This document shows positions 28,966 through 45,730 of a stretch of DNA of 64,000 nt, piece by piece (positions within the stretch are counted from its first letter, which is position 1; each line of letters opens with the position of its first letter). This stretch comes from Octopus vulgaris (lineage: Eukaryota). The stretch spans positions 64,294,001 to 64,358,000 of the forward strand of contig OX597822.1 in assembly GCA_951406725.2 (NCBI GenBank). The letters are read 5' to 3'. A model generated the notes under the pieces. That model worked only from the letters and a program-made list of their open reading frames with translations. It did not search any database and was not told the DNA's origin. The translations under genes and the position numbers were made by a program.

Positions 28966-29768
28966 ATATCTTACCTCTCACAATATTATTTTACTTGTTT
29001 CTTTCATTTGACTGCGGCTTAAAGAGTTTATTTTAGTCGCAGAAATCGATCCCAGGACTTATTCTTTGAAAGCCGAGTATCTTACAAGGACGTAAACACA
29101 CCAACTTTTGTTGTCAAGCGATGATGGGGGTACAGACAGACAGACAGAAACACACACACACACACATACTCACGCACACATATTAGTCGGCTCGAGGCTA
29201 TAGTAGAAGACACTTACCCAAGGTGCAATGCGGTGAGACTGAACGCGGAACCATGTGGCAGGGAAGCAAGGTTCTTACCACCCAACCACGGAAACATATT
29301 GTATATAATTATTTTTAATTATATAATTTATTGTGGCCAAGAATACCCATCTTTCTCTGAAAAATAGTTATAATTTATACACTAAATAGATATATTAGAT
29401 TTATGCTCTACATACACTAAATATATGCTAGAAATATATACGCTTTAAACAGAAAATGTACGGTAGTCTTCTTTCAGTTTTCATTTTCCCAACCCGCTCA
29501 TAAGGCTTTGGTTGGCCCAGGGCTATAGTAGAATTCTTGCCCAATGTGTTGCACTGTGGGAAGTAAAAATAAATTCTTCATGGATTCCATGGTTACTTAC
29601 GCTTCGTTGAGAAATTGCCAGAGAATTTGGTAATCAACACAAGGGGCTGAAGGAATTAGAAAAGAGAGGGCAACATCCATATTATTAGCGTAAACTAATT
29701 GATTAGAGAGAATTTGATAATCATTATATAGAAATGAAAGAGATGAGAGAATGAGAAAGAGAGAGAAA

Positions 29769-29802
<34 letters not shown>

Positions 29803-29845
29803 AAATAATGGAAAGATAAATAGATAGAAAGAAAGAAGCAGAAAA

Positions 29846-29913
<68 letters not shown>

Positions 29914-29999
29914 TTCGATTAAGCTAATTTGTTATCTTGACTCGGATCATCTTTTATCGAGCAGACAGAACTATTACCTGCACTCCAGATGTAATCAAG

Positions 30000-30495
<496 letters not shown>

Positions 30496-31489
30496 TATAT
30501 ATATGTATGTGTGTGTGTGTGTGTCTTTTTTCAGTGTTTGAACCCTACTCTACACGCTAATTGACAACCAGTATTGGTTTGTTTACGTCCATGTAACGTA
30601 GCAGTGGGGCAAAAGAGAACAGATAGAAATAAGTACAAATCTTAAAAAAAAAAAAAAGTACTGGGGTGGATTTGTTCAACAAAATTCCTTCAAGGCGGTG
30701 CTCCAACATGGCCGTAGTCCGACGAGTAATACAAATAGACGGTAAAAAGACCTGACGAGATTTAATTAGCATTCATCATTGAGCATCTGTTTTCCTTTCT
30801 CCCCATTGCAAAAGTAATTAAACAAAGAATGGAGCAAGAATTTTCAGAATTTGCAGGTGGAAGAATTAATGTAATTAACCGAAGAAAGAATTAGCGATGT
30901 TGCCAAATCTGTGGCGCAAGCGAATATAAAGACCCAGATTTCGGGGACGCAACAATTCTAGTAAATTAATTAAGTAAAATTGAAATATTCTAGTACGAAA
31001 AGAAAAACGAAAAACAAAAAACAAAAAAAAAAAAAACCTTCGGTTATCGCTATTGTAATTAAATTCTATTATAATTAAATTTATATTTAGGAAGAACTAA
31101 TCATTATTACAGGATTTATGCCATAAAGAGAATTTTAGAGTTCCAAGAAGATAAAGAGCAAATAATGATTGTTGACTTTTAAACCGAGTCACATGTTATT
31201 TAAGGGAAGGTTTAAGATGATCTCTACTGATATTTCATTAGTACTATTTCATTGGTGCTCATTTCAGTGGTGCTCATTGTTAATGGACAGATGAAAACTG
31301 AAGTCGACATCGGTGATATTTGAACTCAGAATATAGAGAAATAATTAAATACTGCGACGCTCTAGCGGCATTTCGGCCTCTGAGTTCAAATTCCGCCGAA
31401 GTCGATTTTGTCTTTCGTCCTTTTGGGGTCAATAAAATTAAGTACTAGTTGAATACTGGAATTTAAATCGCCCTCCAACTCCATTCCTC

Positions 31490-32646
31490 AACTAGTACTT
31501 ATTTCATTGACCTCCGAAAGGATAAAAGGCAAAGTTGACCTCAGCGGAATTTGAACTCAGAATATAAAGAGCCGGAAGAAATGCTTCTGAACATTGTGAC
31601 TGATGCGCTAACGATTCTGCCAGTTCGCTTAGTAGGAAAAAACTCTTTTCTACTCTAGGCACAAGGCCCGAATTTTTTTTTTCTTGGTGTGTGTGTGTGT
31701 GTGGGGGGCTGTCGATTAGCTCAACCCCACTACGCAAATGGTGCTTAATTTATCGATCCCGAAAGGATTAAGGGCAAGGTCGACCTCGGCGGAATTTGAA
31801 TTCAGAACGTAGCGGCAAACGAAATATCTATTTCTTTACTACCCACAAGGGGCTAAACACAGAGAGGACAAACAAGGACAGACAAACGGATTAAGTCGAT
31901 TATATCGACTCCAATGCGCAACTGGTACTTATTTAATCGAACCCGAAAGGATGAAAGGCAAAGTCGACCTCGGCGGAATTTGAACTCAGAACGTAGCGGC
32001 GGACGAAATACCGCTAAGCATTTCGCCCGGCAGGCTAACGTTTCTTATTTCTTTATTGCTCACAAGGGGCTAAACATAGAGGGGACAAACAAGGACAGAC
32101 AAAGGGATTAAGTCGGTTACATCTACCTCAGTGCGTAACTGGTACTTAATTTATCGACCCTGAAAGAATGAAAGGCAAAGTCGACCTCGATGAAATTTGA
32201 ACTCAGAACGTAAAGACAGATGAAATACCTATTTCTTTACTACCTACAAGGGGCTAAACACAGAGGGGACAAACAAGGACAGATAAACGGATTAAGTCGA
32301 TTATATCGACCCCAGTGCGCAACTGGTACTTATTTAAACTACCCCGAAAGGATGAAAGGCAAAGTCGACCTCAGCTGAATTTGAACTCAGAACGTAACGG
32401 CAAACGAAATACTTATTTTATTTACTACCCACAAGGGGCGAAACACAGAGAGGACAAACAAGGACAGACAAACGGGTTAAGTCGATTATATCGACTCCAG
32501 TGCGTAACTGGTACTTATTTAATCGACCCCGAAAGGATGAAAGGCAAAGTTGACCTCGGCGGAATTTGAACTCAGAGCGTAGCGGCAGACAAAATACTGC
32601 TAAGCATTTCGCCCGACGTGCTAACGTTTCTGCCAGCTCACCGCCT
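31490..32646 (-). mobile_element. SINE-B array (about 6 cores, four with Tx1-like tails)
   Basis: Repeated GGCAAAGTCGACCTCGGCGGAATTTGAACTCAGAACGT units with recurrent junctions. Confidence 0.9.
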
Positions 32647-33104
32647 TGCTTGGTAGAAAATATTGCCAAGTTGCACACCAAAACCAACAACCTTATGAGT
32701 CAAGTTCCTAATGAAGCGAATCCACAATTTGCTTTCAGTTTTCGTTTGTGACCATCTCTGTTGGCCTTTGATGTAAGTACTTCAATTCAAGCTCGTACTT
32801 ATCTGAACAGTGTTGCTGATAACTGAATTGACAGAGGACAGGCAGCCAACCGTGGGTCCGGCGATTTCGTACCTGTTAACAGCGCTGCAATGCGTATTTT
32901 CCGCGAGCATGACACATTAATTAGTAACGGAATAATCCAACAAGTTGTGATAGGTCCTCTGTCACTCTCGACGATGATCATTCAATTCTCTGACTATATG
33001 AATTTTTAAAATCACAATTTAATTACAAAGAAGCAAAGAAGCAGGAAAAGAAAAAAAAGAAGGGTGGTGGTTGTGGTAGGGGGAAGGAACAACGGGCCGC
33101 ACAC

Positions 33105-33400
33105 CCCAAAATAAATGGCGTGTTCAGGCCACGCCCTGCGGTCAAGACTGTGATGGCGTTGCCGCGGAGAATGGCCAGCAGCACTCGCTGCAGCGTCCAC
33201 TCCATCTCACGTGGATCATTTCTCAGATGGGCTGCTGATATCCCGATTTTGCTGAGGAAAACAGTAGTGCGGGATCCGAGAACACCTGGAATCTCAACGG
33301 TAACCCGTACAAACTGATGGCGGCCGGTCAGGCCCCTGTATCTATATACATTTCTCTCCTCTGTGGATCCTTACATCTGAAATTAACATGTTGGATTGCC
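33105..33400 (-). pseudogene. 3' end of a CRE-like RLE non-LTR retrotransposon ORF
   Basis: Translation ERNVYRYRGLTGRHQFVRVTVEIPGVLG..FLSKIG..DPREMEWTLQRVLLAILRGNA resembles the CRE-clade C-terminal F.P.AVET.G / QR.S.A.QRGNA pattern. Confidence 0.65.
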
Positions 33401-34110
33401 GAGTATTCCACAGTTAAGTGTACCCATAATGCAACCCATATCTCAGGTCAAATCAGCCTAATACTATGTAACAAAACTAAAGCTTTAAATTAACGACGTA
33501 CAATAATCCAACCCCCGCCCCGCGATAAGTGAAAATCTGTGAAGTAGAAACAGTACTGTATATTTTATATAACTGGTACTTATTTAATCGACCCCGAAAG
33601 GATGAAAGGCAAAGTCGACCTCGGCAGAATTTGAACTCAGAACGTAGCGGCAGACGTAATGCCGCTAAGCATTTGGCCCGGCGTGCTAACGTTTCTGCTA
33701 GCTCGCCACCTTACAGATTCTGCACAGTTTCCGTTGACTAGATTCACTCACAAGGTACGATTCGGCTATGATTACTCTTTTACTCTTTTACTTGTTTCAG
33801 TCATTTGACTGCGGCCATGCTGGAGCACCGCGTTTAGTCGAGCAAATCGACCCCGGGACTTATTCTTTTGTAAGCCCAGTACTTATTTTATCGGTCTCTT
33901 TTGCCGAACCGCTAAGTGATAGTAATTTCTTTTTTAAAATCTCATCTCTATTGAGCAACGAGCACAACAATGATTGTGAACTAATGCCGAGTACATTCCC
34001 TCGTTGGTTTGTCACATAAAGACGTTTACTACAGCAGTAGGCATTGCCTGAGAATCTAGTCAGACGTGGGAACAGAAAAGATGAGTTGTCATATATATAT
34101 ATAGGAGAAA

Positions 34111-34156
<46 letters not shown>

Positions 34157-34158
<2 letters not shown>

Positions 34159-34410
34159 AGGCGCGTGGCTTAGTGGTTAGGTTGTTGAACTCATGATCGT
34201 AAGGTTGAGGTTTCGATTCCTGGACCGGGCGATGCGCTGTGTTCTTGAGCAAAACACTTCGTTTCACATTGCTCCAGTCCACTACTCAGCTGGCAAAAGT
34301 GAATAATCCTGCGACGGATCGGCGTCCCGTCCAGGTGGGGAAATTTATACGGCACTGAAACCGGGAAATCGGGCCTTATGAGCCTGGCATGGCTCGAGAA
34401 GGAACATTTA
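34157..34410 (+). mobile_element. tRNA-headed SINE, family D-related (V-SINE-like CCTGCGACGGATCGGCGTCCCGTCCAGG segment)
   Basis: A-box TGGCTTAGTGG, B-box GGTTTCGATTCC. Confidence 0.8.
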
Positions 34411-34740
<330 letters not shown>

Positions 34741-34752
34741 GTATATATATAT

Positions 34753-34822
<70 letters not shown>

Positions 34823-35039
34823 TTGTGTGTGTGTGTGTGTCTGTGCAACGGTACATATATTTGTATATTTTTATCTATATATTTTTCTCTACAAATGCAA
34901 AGCTTTGTGACTCAGCAAAATAATCAATTTACACCTAAACAAGTGACACAGTGAGAAAAATAGTGGAAAGTTCTGTAATGTCGAAATGTTCCCCGTTACA
35001 ACGACCAACAGCCTAACACTGATTCTCTTACAGTCTTAC

Positions 35040-35925
35040 CTACCTACATACGTATATCCATACACATGCATACATACAATCATACATACATACATACATA
35101 CATACATACATACACACATCCATCCATCCATCCATCCATCCATACATACATACATACATACATACATGCACACACACACACACATATATACATACATACA
35201 CACATACATACACATACATATACATTCATACTATATATACAGACATACTCACACATACATACAAATACACACACGCGTACATAATACATACATACATACA
35301 TACATAAATATGTACATAGACACACATATGTACTTACATACACATACACATACGCACAAACATATACACACATACACACAAACATATACATACATATACG
35401 TAGATACATAAATATGTACATAGACACATATATGTACTAACATACATACATGCCTACATTTATACATACATGCCTACATTTATACATACATGCCTACATT
35501 TATACATACATACATAGACACGCATGCATACACATACATATATATACATTCATTTATTCATACTACATACACAGACATACGCACACACATACATACATGC
35601 ACATACACACACGCGTACATACGTACATAAATATGTGCATAGACACACAGTACTTACATACACATACATACATGCTTACATTTATACATACATACACACA
35701 TACATACATCCAAACATACACACATGCATACATACGCATACATACACACACATACACACAAACATATACATATATACATACATTCATACATACATGTAGG
35801 CATGCATACATACATGCATACATACATACATGCATACATACATGCATACATACATGCATACATACATACATACATACATACATACATACATACATACATA
35901 CATACATACATACATACATACAAAC
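35040..35925. repeat. Degenerate (TACA)n field
   Basis: Direct inspection. Confidence 0.95.
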
Positions 35926-36597
35926 GTGCGTGCACGCATATGTTAATACATACGAAGATTTAAGTTCCATACATATACTCACAATAAGATTCATTCACAA
36001 GGACTCAACAGTGTGTGTGTATGTGTATATGTGTGTATTTTTTTTGTATATATATATATAGATATAGATATACGTACATGCACACAAACATAAACACATA
36101 TGCACACACAGCGCTGTTCAGCAGTTACTTTTATCGATCTCCTTTGCAAGTAAAATGCCTTTTCACCATTGGACAATAACATAACTTGAGTTACTGAGGC
36201 GGATGTAATGCTTTTCAGGCCAACCAAAACTATAACCAGCAAACCAGCTAACCAACCAACCAACCGACTAACCAACTAACCAACCAACCAACCAACCAAC
36301 TAACACACTCAACAAAGAAACAAATAAATATACAATAATGTGGGCGGGAGCAACTACAACAACAACAACAACCACAACAATACTAGATATCAAATAAATA
36401 AATGAATATATAAAAAAATAACGACAGGTAAAAATTACTGTAGAAGTGGAAGTATAAAAAATATATTGAAAGCTAAGAACACTCCCTTCCCTGCCGAAAT
36501 AACTAGGCGGTAAGATCAAAAGCAACAGAGATGTAAACAAAAATAACAAAAGCATTTATAATTGCTCCCTACCGGTGATGGCAGATGCTTAAAAGTC

Positions 36598-36657
<60 letters not shown>

Positions 36658-36879
36658 AATGATGATGTTGATTATGTTGACGATAAAGAATGAGTCAAAA
36701 ATGGCGGAAAGGTACAGCGAGATATTGTATGACGTCATTGTCCTTCCGCTTAAGGCTAATGTGGACAGAATGAATCAAAACAAACGAATTGTACACAGGC
36801 GTTTTATTATGTTTTTTTTTTTACCTTTTTGCCGGGTTTGAACTAATGACAAGCTTGGTTGGTGATAACGATGATGATA

Positions 36880-36927
<48 letters not shown>

Positions 36928-37159
36928 GTGATGATGATTTTCATGGTGATGATGACGTTAATAATGAGGATTATCGTATGTTGTTTGTAGTGTACAACAA
37001 TAATAATTACCAGAGTAATCGCCTTGAACTTTGGTAGTAGTAGTAGCAGCAGCAGCAGCAGCACCATTATTAGTTGCAGTAAGAGCAATATTGTTACTAT
37101 TAGTAGTAGTAGTAGTATTTGTAGTATTACTACTTGTAGTAGCATCCGTTTCAGTGGTG

Positions 37160-37194
<35 letters not shown>

Positions 37195-37810
37195 TTCTAA
37201 TTCGAGCACAAGACTCGCAATTTTGAAGAGGCGAGGCTAGTCGATAACATCAACTTCAATATTCGACCGATTCTTTATTTTCATCGACTCCGAAAGATGC
37301 AGGGCGAAGCTGACCTCGGCGGGATTTGAACTCAGATTGTTAAGAGTTATAACTAAATTTTCCAAAGGAATTTTGTTTTCCGCTGCTCTGGTTATTCTAG
37401 CAATTGCCTTTTACCTATAGGCAAAAGGCCTGAAATTTCGGTGGGTAGGGCTAATCGACTACATCGACTCCAATATTTGATCGGTACTTTATTTTATAGA
37501 CCCGATAGGACGGAAAGTAAGGTCAACCTCGACGGAATTTGAACTCAGAATGAAAAGACAGACAAAATACCGCTATATATGTGTGCGTGTATGTGTTTGT
37601 ATTTGTCCCCATATCATCGCTTGACAACCGATGTTGGCGTGTTTACGTCCCCGTAACTTAGCGGTTCGGCAAAAACTGAGTGATAGAATAAGTACTAGGC
37701 TTACAAAGAATATATCCTGGGTTGATTTGTTCGACTAAAGTCTGTGCTCCAGCATGGTCGCAGTCAAATGACTGAAACAAATAAAAGAATAAAAGAAAAA
37801 GAAAAAGAAA

Positions 37811-37995
37811 AATCTGGAACAGAGTGTCCAGTAGAACTGTTACGAAAGGTTTGTCTCCTTGGCACGGTCAGAATAATCAGGAAAGTATTGGGCAGCTGAA
37901 AAGAACGAATATGCATGGAACCGTAGACTGGAAGTATCAGCACTCATAGAGAAATAATACTCTATGAGCTCCAACAAAACCTGTGATAAAGGGAA
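37811..37995 (+). mobile_element. RLE non-LTR retrotransposon extreme 3' fragment
   Basis: GTECPVELLRKVCLLGTVRIIRKVLGS* then UTR and (TAA)n. Confidence 0.65.
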
Positions 37996-38007
37996 AATAA
38001 TAATAAT

Positions 38008-38490
38008 GAGTCACCGAGAATGAGAATTGCCAAATCCTCTGGGTTGCAATGAATCAGTGCGATCACCTGATCAGACACTGGAAACCGGATATTATTGTGG
38101 TGAATAAAATAGAAAGAACATTTATGATAATCGACATCGCATGCCCCGGTGACAACAAGATCAATGTGAAAGAAGAAGAAAAAATAAGCAACTATGACGA
38201 TTTGAGGTGGGAAATACGAAGGTTGTGGTCAATGAGGAGAGTAGACGTGATACGAATAGTAATTGGTGCACTTGGAAGTATCAGCACTCAACTACCAGCA
38301 TGGTTGAAAATGATTGGAGCAGGTGTGAAGGTAGAACAACTACAAAAATCAGCATTGGCTGGAATTGCAAGAATTCTTCGCAGGATTCTTGAAGCATGAC
38401 CAGTAAACAAGTGTCATCTTAGTCTACTGGTTGTGCACAGCTGATACTTTCAATCATACCCAGCATAATAATGCTGTAATTTTTCATCAC
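38008..38490 (+). mobile_element. R4/Dong-like retrotransposon 3' fragment (RLE domain)
   Basis: KPDIIVV..IIDIACPGD..KISNYDDL..IVIGALG..LQKSALAGIARILRRIL*; flanked by (TAA)n. Confidence 0.85.
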
Positions 38491-38552
<62 letters not shown>

Positions 38553-38553
<1 letters not shown>

Positions 38554-39876
38554 TGAGTGAAGTAAAGAATATAGATAGGAAAATACGCAAGCTGCTGAGT
38601 TGTAATAGGATGCACCACCCAAAGGCAGACGTAGATCGCCTTTACCTTCCCAGACCCAAGGAGGTCGAGGCCTGATCCAATTTGAACTAGCTTACAAAAC
38701 AACCACAATTGGACTGGCCAAATATCTCGAAATATCGAATGACTGGATTGCTAAAGCTCGTGGAAAATCACGAGAGACGAAAGAAGCTTCATTCTATTAT
38801 AAAGGAAAGCAAAAAATTTGCTATTGATCTCGTGCAGGATACCCAAACTGAACAACCCGAGGGAAGTACGGCAACTATTGTTGCAAAGAAGGTGAAAATG
38901 ATGGCAACGAAAAAAGCGCACGAGCAATTGGCTGATAGGTGGGAGGAGAAACCTCTGCACGGCAAATATGTGGCCCGCAGCAAACAAGCTGATGTTGACC
39001 AGAAGCAAACCCATCAGTGGCTACGGAGCTCAGGGCTAAAAGCAGAGAGCGAAGGTTTCATCCTGGCTGCTCAAGATCAAAGCCTATTAACCCGGAACTA
39101 CCAGGCCAATGTGATGAAAAATGGAGCAGACCCAAAATGCCGATTCTGCAACGACATGATTGAAACAGTGGACCACCTAATCTCTGGATGTAAAGTCTTA
39201 GCACCAGTGGAGTATAAATTAAGACATGACAGAGTTGGCCAATATCTCCACTGGCTAATAAGTCGGCATTACAATATCAAAACTGCCGACAAGTGGTATA
39301 ATCACCACCCTGAGGCTGTAACTGAAGGAGAAAATGTAACCATTCTGTGGGACTTTCCAGTACATACAGACCGAACCATCAAGGCCAATAAACCAGATAT
39401 TGTTGTGAAAGACCAAAACAATAAAGTTTGCTTATTGATCGACATGAGCATCCCCTGTGATCATAATATCTCAGCGAAAGAGTTTGACAAGCTCAGAAAA
39501 TATAAAGACCTACTCATTGAAATTGAGAAAATGTGGCATCTCAAGGCGGTTACAATACCAGTGATCGTAGGAGCACTAGGAATGATCAAGAAGGGAACCG
39601 AAAATTATATGAGAATGATCCCTGGCTTACCATCCCTGCAAGAAGTGCAAAAGATTGTCTTAACTGGTACATCACACGTATTGACAAGAGCATTGTCGAT
39701 GTGAGAACTGTTGCTGCTCATGTATTTTAATTTAACTTGGAAAAAAAAAAAAATGAATGAACTATTGAGTTTGGTTTAATGGCCTACCAATGTATACTAT
39801 GAGTTTCTTTGCCCTAGGAGTCGGGAAGACACTCGGCAAGAAATGGAAGCAAATTTGAAAGAAGAAAAAAAAAAAG
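38553..39876 (+). mobile_element. R4/Dong-like retrotransposon, 5'-truncated (post-RT region, CCHC finger, RLE, 3' UTR)
   Basis: HPKADVDRLYLP../GGRGL (frameshifted); CRFC..ETVDHLISGC, RHDRV, KPDIVV..LIDMSIP..KLRKYKDL; stop at 39704; (TAA)n on both sides. Confidence 0.9.
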
Positions 39877-39920
39877 TAATAATAATAATAATGATAATAA
39901 TAATAATAATAATAATTATA

Positions 39921-39989
<69 letters not shown>

Positions 39990-40078
39990 GTGTTGGTGAT
40001 GATAATAATAATAATAATAATTATAATGATGATGATGATGATAACGATAATTATAATAATAATAATAATAATAATGAT

Positions 40079-41027
40079 GAATTTGTCATAGCTGCCCTGG
40101 ATCAATGCCTACCTATAAGAAGCAACCAGGCCAACATCTTAAAGAACGGCAATTGCCCAACATGTCGTGTATGTAAAGAACAAAATGAAACCATCGATCA
40201 TGTTGTCTCCATGTGCTGCTTCCTTGCGCCTACAGAGTATTTCAACAAGTATAATAGAGCGGCACAGTATATTCACTGAGTAATTTGAAAAGACTTGGAC
40301 CTGCCCCATGATAAAAACTGGTGGGAACACAAATCACCTCCAGGGCTTGAAAATGATCACATCCCACTCCTCCTGAAATTTACTGTTCAAACTAACAGAA
40401 AGATAGATGCAAATAGGCCAGACATTATATTGAAGGACTTCAGACAAAAATCATGCCTCCTCATTGACATGACTGACCCAATCAACATAAATGTATCTGT
40501 CAAGACCTACCAAAAACTGAACGAGTATAAAGATCTTGGAATAGAAATTGGCAAAATGTGGAACTTCAAGGCTAAAACAATACCTGTTGTCATAGGTGCC
40601 CTAGGAATGATAGCAAAAGGGGCTGATTGATACCCACCTCAGATACCAGGAAATCCCCAAATGGAAGAAATTTAAAAATAGTGCTCATGGGAACGGCTCA
40701 TATCCTACCTAAAATATTTCTATGTAATCCCCAAAATATTTTAAACTGTAAACAATGTCAAAATACTTTTAAATGTACATAATAACAAACAACTTTTACT
40801 GTCATCTTAACATCACACTATCATCTTATAATCAAATTACTTTTAAAACAAACTTCTAATTTACTTATGTTGTGACAGGCATTCTCTGGAACAATACTTT
40901 GTGCAAAATCAAATAAATGGCGCTCCAGTCATAACACCGACTTGAATTTCTAACTTTTTGTCTCTTGAGGTCTCTGGGTGAAAGTTGGAGTCAACTTGTA
41001 CAAATACAAAGCAAAAGCCAAACATAT
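40079..41027 (+). mobile_element. Decayed R4/Dong-like 3' fragment
   Basis: FVIAALDQCL..CRVCKEQNETIDHVVS, NRPDIIL..LIDMT..KYKDL-like; stops and frameshifts. Confidence 0.85.
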
Positions 41028-41037
41028 GATAATAATA

Positions 41038-42253
<1,216 letters not shown>

Positions 42254-42405
42254 AATAATAATAATAATTATTATTTGCCACAAAAGCAACAATTTTAGAG
42301 GGAAGGTGTTAGTCAATTACATCGATGCCAATACTATATTTTATGCTACTTTACTGTATCGACCAGGAAGGATGAATGGCAAAGTCACCCTCGGCACAAT
42401 AATAA

Positions 42406-42959
42406 TCTGTATATATAAAAAGGCAGGATGTGTGTGTGTGTACGTGAATGCAATTTATGCACGGCCACAAATTAGCACGCATGTCGCTACAATTTTAGGA
42501 GGATATTCGTCATGATCCTAGCTGTATTTTCATCAACTTATTTTTACTAGAGGCACCAGCGAATAGCAGTAAAAGTAAATTTTCAACCAAGACTTTTAAT
42601 AATTTTCAAGTCAGAGAAATCACCATTGTTTGCAAACAGTAGTTAAGTCCCCTTCTAGCGACGAGTAAGTTTTTTGTCAAGACTTTTATTGTCTTTTTCC
42701 ATCGAGGAAAAACGTATTTTGTTGATATACGGGCAACACACACGCACACACATACGAACACGTATGTGTACAAAAAACATATATGCAATAGGTGTTTGTA
42801 CGTACGTGTGTGTATGTGTGTGTGTTGCCCATATATATATATATCAACGGATTTCGCCCAAATTTGACGTCGATGTTACTTAGTTTGGTTTGAAATAAAG
42901 AACTTGATTAGCTTCATAATACTAACTTAATCCCGGGCAAAGCCGGGTTATACTGCTAG
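42406..42959 (+). mobile_element. Non-autonomous Helitron
   Basis: A|TC 5' end, subterminal hairpin CCCGGGCAAAGCCGGG, CTAG|T 3' end, no TSD. Confidence 0.75.
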
Positions 42960-43015
<56 letters not shown>

Positions 43016-43679
43016 AAATAATAATAATGATGATGATGATGATGATAATATTTTTTTTATTTGCTACAAATGCGACGGAAGGGCAAGTTACAAAAGTGCT
43101 ATTCCCCACACCCCGTGGAATCGACAATAAAATTAATAATGTAATAGTATTATGTAAAAAAAAACCTCACAAAATACGGCAAAATATTTACACGTAACAA
43201 AACTTCAGCATCAGTAGTAACAGCAACAATGTCAAAAATACTACCATGATACTAAGAACAATAGCATTCATCAACAGTATTATTATTGTGTGAATTATAA
43301 AGATAATTACGTGCTGTGAAACGGGTGGGTTACGATAGTATTAATGAGCGAGTAGATTTTCGTTTGTTTTCAGTAAAGGGGAGGAATACACACAATGCCA
43401 TATTAATAACTAACTAAAAACACATACAATCGCATACACACACCAGTTGTGCCAAGCAAACAGTATGCGTGCGTGTGTGTGTGTGTGTGTAAATGTAGTT
43501 ATGTGTAAGTGAATATATGAATGTATGTGTGTCTTGGTGGGTGTGAGTTTGTGTTGTCTGTTTGTGGGATGGATAGTGTGTGTGCGTCCCTCTGTGCGTG
43601 TGAGAGTGCGTATGTGTGTGCAAGTGTAGTTGTGTGTACATATGTATATGTATGCATAAGTATATATATATATATATAT

Positions 43680-43710
<31 letters not shown>

Positions 43711-43841
43711 TATATATATGGAGTAAATTTGCTTTCTGTGGTTGTGTGATGAATGCATTGTGCGCACACGTGTGTGTGTGCGTGGGTGTGCGTATATGTG
43801 TGTAAGTGTAGTTGTGTGTACATGTGTATATGTATGCATAA

Positions 43842-43882
<41 letters not shown>

Positions 43883-44589
43883 TACGTATGTATGTATGTT
43901 TGTATATATATATATATATATATATATATGGGAGTAAATTTGTTTTGTGTTTGTGTGATGTTAACATAGTGTGCACATGTGTGTATGTGTATGTGTTAGT
44001 TTGGTTGTATGCATGTGTATATATGGACGTATGTGTATATATATATGAGCGTAAATTTACGTTGCGTGTATGTGCGAGGAATGCTTGTATTTGTGCGTAT
44101 GCGTGTATGCATGTATATGTAAGTGTGTTTGCGTGTGTATATGAAGATGTATATGTAAATGCAGGCCTGATGAGTGAATAGTGTGTATACATGCGTATAT
44201 GAATGTATACGTGCATGTAGGTGTGAATTTTGTTTGTGTATGTGCATGTTTGTGTGAATATGCGAGTATGCGTGAATATGTGTATTCTATGCATATATGT
44301 GTGTGTATGTGAATGTGCCTGTGTATGTGGGTGTGGGTGTATGCATTGCTGTGTATGTGATTGTGTGCGTGTACTAGTGTGTGTGTATGTGTGTGTATGT
44401 TTGTGTGTGCGTGCATGCGCGCGCGTGTTTAAGGCGGTGAATTGGGCGAGACATTAGAATGTCGGATAAAATGCTGTGAGGCATTTGTTACGGTTCTCAG
44501 AACTTTAAGTTGAAACGTAGCCGAGGTCAACTCAGTCTTTCCTCTTTTGGGACAATGAATATAGTACCATTCTAGTATTGGGGTGGCCC

Positions 44590-45240
44590 TCTTCTCTCTC
44601 CCTGTCTCAGTTTGTATTTCTCTGTGTCTCCCTTTATCTCCCTATGTCTGTCTCTGTCTCTCCCTCTGTACCTCTGTCTGTGTCTCTCTCTCTGTCTTTC
44701 TCTATGTCTTTGTCTCTGTCTCTCTGTCTGTCTTTCCCTCAGTGTCTTTCTTCTGTCTTTCTCCGCCCCTCTCTCCCTTTGTTTCACTGTGTCTCTCTGT
44801 CTCTCTCTGTCTCTTTCTATCTCTTTGTCTCTGTCTTTCACTGTCTTTGCCTCTGTCTCCGTCTCTCTCTATCTCTATGTCTCTCTGTCTTTGCCTTCCC
44901 CTCTACGTCTTTTTCTTTCTTTCTCTCTGTCTTTCTCTTTCTCTGTCTCTGTCAACATCTATCTCACTGTCCCTGTGTCTCTCTCTGTCTTTCCCTATTC
45001 ATCTTTCTCCCTCTCTGTCTTTCTCTGTCTCTCACTTTGTTTCCCTCAGTCTCTCTCTGTTTCTTCCCCTCTCTCTCACTCTCTCTTTCTTTGTTTCCTT
45101 CTATCTCTTCATATCTGTCTCTCCCTCTACGTCTTTCTCTCTGTCTCTCGCCGTCTCTCTCTTTCTCTCTGTCTTTCTCTGGTTCTCTCTCTTTCTCTGT
45201 CACTGTGTCTCTTCTGTTTCCCTTTTTCATGCTCCATTTT

Positions 45241-45283
<43 letters not shown>

Positions 45284-45335
45284 ACTGTTTCTCTCTCTCC
45301 CTCCCTCTCTCCTTCTCTTTCTCTCTCTCGCTCAC
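44590..45335. repeat. Degenerate (CT)n/(CTGT)n polypyrimidine tract
   Basis: Direct inspection. Confidence 0.95.
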
Positions 45336-45531
45336 TTGGTGCCTATACTTCAGTGGCTCTCAATCGGAGTTCATATGACCACTGAGATTTTTGGCGGTTC
45401 ATGCAAGAGAATAGTAAATTGGGGATTCACAATAGAATTTCAAGGGTCCCTAAATAATTTTTGCTTTAGATGTATTGCACTGGTATGTACTGTAAGAAAC
45501 AGTTCGGTTTCTTTCTCTAACGTTTTACATA

Positions 45532-45696
45532 ATAGGCGCAGGAGTGGCTGTGTGGTAAGTAGCTTGCTTACGAACCACATGGTTCCGTGTTCAGTCCCAC
45601 TGCATGGCACCTTGGGCAAGTGTCTTCTACTATAGCCTCGGACTGACCAAAGCCTTGTGACTGGATTTGGTAGACGGAAACTGAAAGAAGCCCGTC

Positions 45697-45730
<34 letters not shown>

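Noticed and set aside
31490-32646. CRISPR-like or satellite appearance of repeated units
   Set aside because: Units are ~190-230 bp SINE monomers without unique spacers; eukaryotic context, no cas genes.
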